64,000 bases of DNA from assembly GCA_002347965.1 (NCBI GenBank), contig DDYN01000031.1, positions 20,177 to 84,176 of the forward strand. Direction: 5' to 3'. Of this stretch, positions 50,242 to 57,248 are shown piece after piece. The translations under genes and the position numbers were made by a program. Below the pieces are notes generated by a model, which worked only from the letters and a program-made list of their open reading frames with translations, had not been told where the DNA came from and searched no databases. The stretch is from Nitrospirae bacterium UBA2233 (GTDB lineage Bacteria; UBA2233). Position 1 is the stretch's first letter. Each line of letters begins with the position of its first letter.

Positions 50242-51714
50242 CTACCTGGTTTGGCCTTGAAACAGCTCCTTCAACCCCTCGGCCCAGGCCAGCATAGCCT
50301 GAAAAACATCCAAGGAAGCCGATTCGAAATACAGCCTAATTTTATTCTCGGTGCCAGACGGGCGGATCAAAACCCAAGAGTCATCTTCAAAGTACCTCTT
50401 GTAGCCGTCCAGCGAGGCATCGTGCAGCATCGAGGCCCCTTGGAAGGCGCTTGGGAGGCTTTCGATCGTCGAGCGAAAGGCTTTCTCGGATCGGGCTTCC
50501 GCAACGGGGACGTCCAACCTTCGGAATGTAAGCTCTCCGTACCGAGACCTAAGCCTTAAGAGTTGTTCATGGAAAGGCCCTTCTTTGATCCGCATTTCAA
50601 GCGCAAACATGTCGGCCAAAAGCCCGTCTTTATCCGGGATGTTCGGGGAGTACGCAAAACCTCCACTCTCTTCGACGCCCAGAAGTCCCGAAGATTGCAG
50701 CATCCGCGACGCAATGTTTTTGAATCCTACGGGGCTCTCGATCACCTCGACGCCAAAGGCTCTTGCGATACGGTCAACCATGCTTGAGGTGGAAACGCTC
50801 TTGACGATGGTGCCCCTTTCCCCCCGCACACGGAGCAGGTAATCTACAATCAGCGCAATCAAATCGGTGTTATCAACATAAACCCCTTGATCGTCCATCA
50901 CCCCAAACCGGTCCCCGTCGCCGTCCGTTGCCAGACCAAGGAGCGCCCCTCTTTGGCGAACCTCGCAAGCCAGGCCACGAAGCGCCCTGGAAGAAGGGGC
51001 GGTTTCTTCAAGACCTCCAAAGTATGGGTCTGGCTGAGCATGCAACGGAAACGCTACCGCTCCCGCTTTGTTCAGCAGGCGTCCAAAGCATCGGGCACTG
51101 GCGCCGTAAAGGGAGTCGTATACGACGACGGGATTGGCTTTGCAAATTGCCCGCACATCTAGCAGCGAACACAGGTGCTCTACATAATTCTCGCTCGCGG
51201 ACACGCTCCGGAGCATCCCCTCGTTTTCGATCGGCTTAGGCACGGCGGCGTTTCTATCGCACAAGGCCTCAATTTCGCCCGTTAAAGAGCCGTCCGCAAG
51301 CCCCGTACACGTTGTAAGCTTGACGCCATGATAGTAAAACGGATTATGACTTGCCGTAACGTTGACCCCCAAGTCGTATTTGCCCTGAATGGTCGCAAAC
51401 GTCAACGCCGGGGTTGTGTTCGGATGAGCCTCAAAATCGACTGAAACCCCGGAGCGCACGAGCGTACAAGCGATCAATTCTGCAAACAACCTGGAAAAAA
51501 AGCGCGTATCGTACCCCAGACGAACAACGCGTTGGGCCTCCGAATCGCCCCGACTCAGGTAGGCGGCAATTGCGTTTGCAAGGGTTACAACCTTGGAAAG
51601 CGTAACTTCTCGGGCAAGTATGCCCCGCCAACCGGAGGTACCAAACCGGATTGGAAAATCGCTTTTGTCGAACGTCAGGTTCTCAAAAAGCCCTAAAAAT
51701 TGGATGATATCCAT
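50242..51714 (-). CDS. Phosphoglucomutase/phosphomannomutase family (alpha-D-phosphohexomutase); start taken at internal MDIIQF...
   Basis: FGTSGWRG N-terminus, active-site loop TASHNP, and metal-binding DGDGDR. Confidence 0.85.
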   Translation of the reverse strand: MDIIQFLGLFENLTFDKSDFPIRFGTSGWRGILAREVTLSKVVTLANAIAAYLSRGDSEAQRVVRLGYDTRFFSRLFAELIACTLVRSGVSVDFEAHPNTTPALTFATIQGKYDLGVNVTASHNPFYYHGVKLTTCTGLADGSLTGEIEALCDRNAAVPKPIENEGMLRSVSASENYVEHLCSLLDVRAICKANPVVVYDSLYGASARCFGRLLNKAGAVAFPLHAQPDPYFGGLEETAPSSRALRGLACEVRQRGALLGLATDGDGDRFGVMDDQGVYVDNTDLIALIVDYLLRVRGERGTIVKSVSTSSMVDRIARAFGVEVIESPVGFKNIASRMLQSSGLLGVEESGGFAYSPNIPDKDGLLADMFALEMRIKEGPFHEQLLRLRSRYGELTFRRLDVPVAEARSEKAFRSTIESLPSAFQGASMLHDASLDGYKRYFEDDSWVLIRPSGTENKIRLYFESASLDVFQAMLAWAEGLKELFQGQTR

Positions 51715-52775
51715 GATGCAAGCTGCTCCGGTGCGAACTTTCCTTTTGCTTGAAGCACCCTCACCCGACCGTTGAAATTTTTGAACAAAGCCAGGTCGGA
51801 TGCTTTCGGACAAGAACGGTCTACCGTCCCGACGACGGGAACCTTCAAGGTTTTACCAGCGAACGAAGACAGTTCTTCTTGCTCCAGCTGATCTATTTTG
51901 AAATCCTCCTTTGCATTGCGAGACCACTCCAAAAACACAACCCCCTTCAGCTCTCCCCAGGGCTTTGCAATGCCATGGCCGTACACTTCTTGTACGGGAA
52001 CGTCACGCTTCATCTCGAGGTTCCAGAGGCTATCTTGCCCTAAAGATGCGAGCTCTTTTAACTCCTTGTGACTCAAGAGCGTCCGGAGGCGGGGGTCCGA
52101 AAAGATCGTCCCAGGGTTCACCCTAGGGAGCTTTGGAAACCCGACGGCCTGCATGGATGACCCCGTATATCCTACGAGCACCCTATCGTTGGCCACGTAA
52201 CGGAACCCTTCGCCAAGGAGCCTGAGGAGCGTTGTCGTCTTGCCGCTCCCCGAGCTCGAGGCGATGAGAACAACGCCACCCTTTCTCGTAGCCGCGGCGC
52301 CTGCGTGGAACAGCAAGAACCCCGCCTCAAGCCAGGCAAGGCTCAACACGTCGTTCACAACATTGACCGCGGAATTCCAATCCGAAACGCCGGGCTCTTC
52401 AAGCCATACCGCTCGCCGCTCGCCGTTTACGATGTAGCGCAAGCCAGAGCGAACTTTCTTTATCACCAGGAACGACCCTACTTTCAGCAAGGCTTCTTTC
52501 GCCGAAATCGGCGCAAAGGAGAGCCCGTCGAGCCCTTCTGGGAACCTTCCCGCAAGCACCGCCTTGAACTGGAGGCTTGGTCCAAAAGGCATCCTCCCCT
52601 CTTCTACGAGGTAGGGGGCGTAGCGGTCCAGCAAGGAGGTTAGAGGCTTCGGGGTGGGTGCGCTGACAATCAACTCCTGCCCCATGAGGACAAGCGGAAA
52701 ACGATGGGTAGCCCTACGTTCCTGTTGCGCCAGAAAGGCCGCCAGAGAAGACTCAAGCGAGTCGTCGAAGGACAT
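51693..52775 (-). CDS. HprK C-terminal-domain-like P-loop kinase with an unknown ~190-aa N-domain (start uncertain: 52775, 52685 or the ORF-track 52910)
   Basis: LIASSSGSGKTTTLLRLLGEGFRYVANDRVLV matches the HprK GxSGxGKSE...LVADD core. Overlaps the ATP-grasp stop and the PGM start. Confidence 0.65.
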   Translation of the reverse strand: MSFDDSLESSLAAFLAQQERRATHRFPLVLMGQELIVSAPTPKPLTSLLDRYAPYLVEEGRMPFGPSLQFKAVLAGRFPEGLDGLSFAPISAKEALLKVGSFLVIKKVRSGLRYIVNGERRAVWLEEPGVSDWNSAVNVVNDVLSLAWLEAGFLLFHAGAAATRKGGVVLIASSSGSGKTTTLLRLLGEGFRYVANDRVLVGYTGSSMQAVGFPKLPRVNPGTIFSDPRLRTLLSHKELKELASLGQDSLWNLEMKRDVPVQEVYGHGIAKPWGELKGVVFLEWSRNAKEDFKIDQLEQEELSSFAGKTLKVPVVGTVDRSCPKASDLALFKNFNGRVRVLQAKGKFAPEQLASWISSNF

Positions 52776-53643
52776 AGCCGGCAAACAGTCGGGCGGCATC
52801 CAGCCCGTATGCTTCATGCAGCCCACGAAACCCGCCAAAGGCGCTGACTTCGTAGACCAAAAAACCGTCCGGCCCCTCGACGAGGTCCACTCCGGCATAA
52901 CTAAGGCCAAACACGCGCTCGGCCTGTTTTGCTATCTCAAAGGCCGACCCAGGAAGGTCGTAAGGCTCGTAATACCCGCCTTCTGCGGTGGTCGTTTTCC
53001 AGCTCCCCTCCTTCGCCACACGAGCGTAGGCTTTAAGGAACTCTCCGCCAAGAAACATCACCCCGATGTCCCTCATCCCCTTGGCAGGAATGAACTCTTG
53101 CGCATAAAAGAAAGGGCCGTGTGTTTGCTTCCAGGCCTCTAGCGCACCCTTTTCGGCTTCCGGCCTGCCCAAACCAACCCGGATCATTCCACGAGCCTTT
53201 GAGGTAAAAAGCGGCTTGATGACGACCTCTTGCACCTCCTTGAGAAAATTCAACACATCCTCGGCCCGCTCCGTGATCAGGGTTCTTGGCATGGGAACGC
53301 CCGCAAGGGCAAGTTGGAGCGTCATTCTCATACGATCAATCGCCGCCTCGATCGCTTCGGGAGGAGAAAACACGGGCGTTCCCAGGGATTGTATCGCTTT
53401 GAGCTGCGCTACGCGCTCTGTCAGCGTAATATCGGAGGAATCGCCCAGCTTCTTCACTACCACGGCATCGACGGATAGTGCATCCTCCAACCCGAGGCGG
53501 ACTTTAAGCGAAGGCAACGATGCCGCGATCGCATCGTAAGGGACCAAAAAAGCCTCGGCCCCCTCCTTGAGAAAGGCTTCTTTAAGCCTTTCGGAAGACC
53601 AAGCGCCTGGGATACCGACAACCGCTATTCGCTTTGAGGCCAT
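52753..53643 (-). CDS. ATP-grasp enzyme (RimK-like, small form)
   Basis: 296 aa; ...VIKPLFTSKARGM..., ...YAQEFI..., ...YAGVDLVEGPDGFLVYEVSAFGGF... consistent with an ATP-grasp nucleotide-binding core. Overlaps upstream and downstream genes by 19 and ~20 nt. Confidence 0.75.
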   Translation of the reverse strand: MASKRIAVVGIPGAWSSERLKEAFLKEGAEAFLVPYDAIAASLPSLKVRLGLEDALSVDAVVVKKLGDSSDITLTERVAQLKAIQSLGTPVFSPPEAIEAAIDRMRMTLQLALAGVPMPRTLITERAEDVLNFLKEVQEVVIKPLFTSKARGMIRVGLGRPEAEKGALEAWKQTHGPFFYAQEFIPAKGMRDIGVMFLGGEFLKAYARVAKEGSWKTTTAEGGYYEPYDLPGSAFEIAKQAERVFGLSYAGVDLVEGPDGFLVYEVSAFGGFRGLHEAYGLDAARLFAGYVLRRLA

Positions 53644-55229
53644 GCGATAAACCGCTCCAAGTGTAGAATGCCTAGTAGATAGAGCTTTTTTGCCAACTCC
53701 AGTTGGTTGACAACCCTGCTCGAAGTAATGAACACGCGTCCCAACGCAACCATGAGCCTTCGTTTGACATGGCGATCAGAGTAAGCGCTACCAAACGCTT
53801 CGGCAAACCTTTCGAGCGATTCATTCACAAAGACTAAGTCTTCTTTAAGGTAGGTAGAAAGCAGGGGGTTTCGAATGTTTGAAACGATGATCGTCGCGAT
53901 ATCCTGAATATAGTCCCCGTAGCCGGAGCGGTGCACATCGATGAACTTTACGCCGTCTGTTCTGCTGTCGTAAAACACGTTGTTGGAGTTAAAGTCTCCG
54001 TGAATCCAAACTTCAAACGGCGGGAAAACCTCCTCTTCTAGCAGGGCGGCTCTTTGAAGGAGTTCGCTCAATGAAGGGGCGGACTTGCCGCAAAAGGAAA
54101 CGGGAAACTTCCTGATCTCTTCGAGCTCCGGATAAAAGGCATGCACCTCTTTTAGTCTCTTGATCAATTGAGGAACATAGCGGGTCGAAGGCTCTGCTTT
54201 TCGGATTGTCGATTGCCATAGCATTCGAAGAACTTCGATAATCCTCTCGAGCGAGCGACGTTTTAGATCAAAGTCCCCGAAAAAGAGGATCTCTTCGAAA
54301 GTCTTGCCCTGGAGGTATTCCGTGACGAGGATCTCTCGGTCCCCAAAGTACTGCTCGACCGTTAGTTTAGGAACGACCCCAGGATAAACCCTCTGCCAAT
54401 CATCGATCTTCTGCGCCTCTTCCGAAATTTTACTCCGCTCGCCTTCTTTAAGCACAAGACGCCGATGGCCATCCTGCTCCACGAGGAAAACGCGCGCGCC
54501 GCTTTTCCCCCCCCAAAGCGCTTGCATCCCGGCTACCGACTGATTTTCTAACGTTTCCCGGATATGCAGCAATTGATGGACTTTTATCTTTTCTCCTAGA
54601 ATCGTGTATACTCCGAGCTCTCCCAAATTGGCAAGGACATCCCCCATGTTCTCGGCATATTTGAGGGCAAAGAGATAAGTGATCGGAAAACTCTCTTCAG
54701 TTAAGCCTACGCGACTCGCCTCTTCGAAAAGAGCGGTCACTCCTCGCTGGTAAATTTCATCCAGCCTCACCTCGAAAGCGCAGACATCCTGTGCAAGCTC
54801 GATATTTTTTTGAAAGAGCGCGTCTAGAGCCATCTTGAGCCCGGCATCGATGATACCTACAAGCTCATCAACGGGCACCCACGGGGGCATCGGGGAGTTG
54901 TCCTTGAGGTGAAGGGTTTGCTTTGCGATGTTCACCCCATAATCGGCCAGCTTCTCTAAGTTGGTCGAAACCCTCACGTATCCCCTAAGAGAGAGAACCT
55001 CGGGCTTGGGGAGCCTACCTTGCTCAATGAGATCAAAACAGCGGTCTACAATAAGGACGTTAAGGGCGTCGATCTGGTCGTCCTTCTCGATAACACCCTG
55101 GGCAAGCGTTTTATCCCTCCCCTTAAAGGCCCCGAAGGCCTCCGCCACGAGAGCTCCGACCATTCGGCCCATCTTGCCCAGCTCGTGCTGGATGCTTTCT
55201 GCATTCAGCCTTGCGTCTGCAATATCCAT
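53625..55229 (-). CDS. PhoU-domain protein fused to an aminoglycoside-phosphotransferase-like (PF01636-type) kinase domain
   Basis: N-terminal ~215 aa with two PhoU-like repeats (...STNLEKLADYGVNIAK..., ...ENMGDVLANLGE...). C-terminal domain with Brenner motif WIHGDFNSNNVFY and downstream FIDVHRSGYGD. Confidence 0.7.
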   Translation of the reverse strand: MDIADARLNAESIQHELGKMGRMVGALVAEAFGAFKGRDKTLAQGVIEKDDQIDALNVLIVDRCFDLIEQGRLPKPEVLSLRGYVRVSTNLEKLADYGVNIAKQTLHLKDNSPMPPWVPVDELVGIIDAGLKMALDALFQKNIELAQDVCAFEVRLDEIYQRGVTALFEEASRVGLTEESFPITYLFALKYAENMGDVLANLGELGVYTILGEKIKVHQLLHIRETLENQSVAGMQALWGGKSGARVFLVEQDGHRRLVLKEGERSKISEEAQKIDDWQRVYPGVVPKLTVEQYFGDREILVTEYLQGKTFEEILFFGDFDLKRRSLERIIEVLRMLWQSTIRKAEPSTRYVPQLIKRLKEVHAFYPELEEIRKFPVSFCGKSAPSLSELLQRAALLEEEVFPPFEVWIHGDFNSNNVFYDSRTDGVKFIDVHRSGYGDYIQDIATIIVSNIRNPLLSTYLKEDLVFVNESLERFAEAFGSAYSDRHVKRRLMVALGRVFITSSRVVNQLELAKKLYLLGILHLERFIAWPQSE

Positions 55230-55232
55230 GCC

Positions 55233-55538
55233 TCAAGGCTGGGCCTCATTCTCGACGGACTCCCGTTCGACCGTAATCAGCAGCGGCTCGGCGGCTAATT
55301 CAGCCTTTTTCTCCCAGGAAAGCTTCAGCACAAGCTTTGCTTTTCCTCCCTTCTTTTTTGCCTCTACATCCAGTTCGATCGCCCCTTCGGGGGTCAGGTA
55401 CATCTCTTCCACGCCGCTTGTCAGGCGTACGGCCCCATTCCTTAGGGCGCTTGCGAGGCTCTCCAGGTATTCGGCAACGACATACGGTTCGGCGAAAGTG
55501 CTAAACTCAAACTCTTCCTTCTGCCCTCTTTTTGCCAT
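55233..55538 (-). CDS. Small protein, paralog 1 of 3 (possible amphi-Trp domain)
   Basis: 101 aa; ...VAEYLESLASALRNGAVRL...ELDVEAKKKGGKAKLVLKLSWEKK. The conserved LxLKLSW strand is shared with paralog 2. A 3-nt gap separates it from the PhoU-kinase gene. Confidence 0.5.
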   Translation of the reverse strand: MAKRGQKEEFEFSTFAEPYVVAEYLESLASALRNGAVRLTSGVEEMYLTPEGAIELDVEAKKKGGKAKLVLKLSWEKKAELAAEPLLITVERESVENEAQP

Positions 55539-55596
55539 CTGTGTCGCTCCTTTTATGACATCCTAAGACCATTTTAGCGTTTTTATTCGGCAAGTC

Positions 55597-56124
55597 TCAA
55601 TGCCCAAGAACCCTAAAGCCTCTTTCTGGGCCGCTTAAAGCCTTGTAGATTTTTCCTTCCTTTTGGAGCTTTCCCTCTCCGATCAGCCGGAGCACGACAG
55701 GAGCGAGCCTTCTCCAGTTCTCTCCAAGGCCCTCACCCAACTCTATCAACGAGGCACCGTCAGGTTTTACGCGCAACAAATAATCCAGCACCCTTTCTTC
55801 CTGCAAATTACTTCCGACGGCTGAGGCAGGCTGAAATGCGTCCTCGACAGTGGTGCCGGACTCTTGGGGTCGAACATCTAGACCGACCAACATAGTAGCA
55901 TCTTTCCAGCTCAAAACAACTTTTATTTTTTCTCTATACTTGCTGGAGCTTGTAGGCCTGCGACTCGCCTTGATCCGCAACAGCGGGAGAGACGATCGAG
56001 CAAAACTGAGGTGTTGCACCCCGGCTCGGATCGTAAAACGCCCCTCTCGCACGCCGTCGGCAAGGAAGCTAAGCAGGTCGGCCACCCTTTCCTTGTCCAG
56101 TTTCAGCAGCTCCTTTATCGTCAA
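55597..56124 (-). CDS. Small protein, paralog 2 of 3 (same N-terminal ~85-aa domain plus a ~90-aa C-terminal extension, possibly winged-helix-like)
   Basis: 175 aa; ...VADLLSFLADGVREGRFTI...KYREKIKVVLSWKD aligns with paralogs 1 and 3. The C-terminus is LDYLLRVKPDGASLIELGEGLGENWRRLAPVVLRLIGEGKL. Confidence 0.45.
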   Translation of the reverse strand: MTIKELLKLDKERVADLLSFLADGVREGRFTIRAGVQHLSFARSSLPLLRIKASRRPTSSSKYREKIKVVLSWKDATMLVGLDVRPQESGTTVEDAFQPASAVGSNLQEERVLDYLLRVKPDGASLIELGEGLGENWRRLAPVVLRLIGEGKLQKEGKIYKALSGPERGFRVLGH

Positions 56125-56347
56125 TGTCCAAGGCCCTCCCCTTCAACCCCTCGACCTTGAGAGTAATACGGAAGCGATCCCCATCCTCTTTGAGCTCAAA
56201 CTCGAGCGCTACTGGACCGACAAGGAGCACGGGCTTGGAGGGCCCAAGCCCGCCTTCTACGACGAGCCTCCCCTTTGCAAACCCATACCCTAGGGTTCGA
56301 AGAAATTCCGCAGCTTCATCTCGGTTTAGCGTACGCTTAAAACGCAT
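56069..56347 (-). CDS. Small protein, paralog 3 of 3 (Trp replaced by Gly at the conserved position)
   Basis: 92 aa; ...AAEFLRTLGYGFAKGRLVV...ALEFELKEDGDRFRITLKVEG aligns with the other two. Overlaps paralog 2 by 56 nt in another frame. Confidence 0.4.
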   Translation of the reverse strand: MRFKRTLNRDEAAEFLRTLGYGFAKGRLVVEGGLGPSKPVLLVGPVALEFELKEDGDRFRITLKVEGLKGRALDIDDKGAAETGQGKGGRPA

Positions 56348-56375
56348 TCTCTTTTTTTGTCACACGCATAACGGG

Positions 56376-57155
56376 CTAACAGGCCAAACGGCCGGGAACC
56401 TCCAAGGGGATTTCATCGATTCCCCTTGCACGCTTCACGACCCTCTTGATCTTATGGCTCATGTACACCCTGAGCGCAGGGAATTTGCCGCAGTAATAGT
56501 TGGTCTTCCGGTCGTGGATGGCGTCAAACAGGTGCTCAAGGCCAAACCGCTCGTCCGGAACGAGGGTCGCTCTAACGGCCAATTGAAGCCAATGGTGGGC
56601 ATCCGACCCGCCTGTCACGGCAAGTTCGAGCTCAGAGGCACGCTGAAGGAGCTTAACCTCCAGCCCGTAATCCTTCCCGTTCACCTCCACGGCATCAAGA
56701 CGCTTGAGCAGCCTTTCGGGAAACTTTTCGAGGTTTTTTTCCCCTCTAAACATGTGCGCACCGATCAGCAACAACTCAAGCCCATCGCGGGCACCGAGCA
56801 ATTCCTCGAACGGCGGCTTGTAGCCCGACGCTGGGGGCATCGAAAGCCTCGCTGCAAGGATACGAACGTGTTCAACCGGGCCTATGGCCAAGATGTCCCC
56901 CCCCTCGGCTACGCTAACCTCCGCCCCAGGAAGAAACGCAAAATTCTTTCCGACTCGGTACACTCCATCCTTGTAAGGAAAACGAGACGAAAGGTAGCGG
57001 TATACGCTAAAAAAATCCGGCGCGTGCAAGTGCTCTGTAACCGCTATGCCTTGCAGGCCGACTACAGAAGCGGTCCTGATGTAACGATCGACGCGCTTCG
57101 GCTCGAACGTGAACGTTTTGGATAGCATCATATGGGTGTGCAGGTCTATGACCAT
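56376..57155 (-). CDS. PHP-family metal-dependent phosphoesterase (histidinol-phosphatase-like)
   Basis: 259 aa; MVIDLHTHMM..., ...AVTEHLH..., ...GGSDAHH... PHP His/Asp motifs. Confidence 0.75.
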   Translation of the reverse strand: MVIDLHTHMMLSKTFTFEPKRVDRYIRTASVVGLQGIAVTEHLHAPDFFSVYRYLSSRFPYKDGVYRVGKNFAFLPGAEVSVAEGGDILAIGPVEHVRILAARLSMPPASGYKPPFEELLGARDGLELLLIGAHMFRGEKNLEKFPERLLKRLDAVEVNGKDYGLEVKLLQRASELELAVTGGSDAHHWLQLAVRATLVPDERFGLEHLFDAIHDRKTNYYCGKFPALRVYMSHKIKRVVKRARGIDEIPLEVPGRLAC

Positions 57156-57248
57156 TTATTGCCTCCTGACGGCTAGTGTTTTACCAATCATGAGATTAGC
57201 GTACCACAGCCCAGGTTGCAGGTTTATGACGGAAACGTTACAGTTTTA

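Noticed and set aside
51693-52910. Interpreting the HprK-like gene as a CofD/UPF0052 homolog (to complete a recalled 'GAK' gene set)
   Set aside because: No GGGTG-type N-terminal motif; the P-loop context GSGKTT...VANDRVLV fits the HprK C-domain instead.
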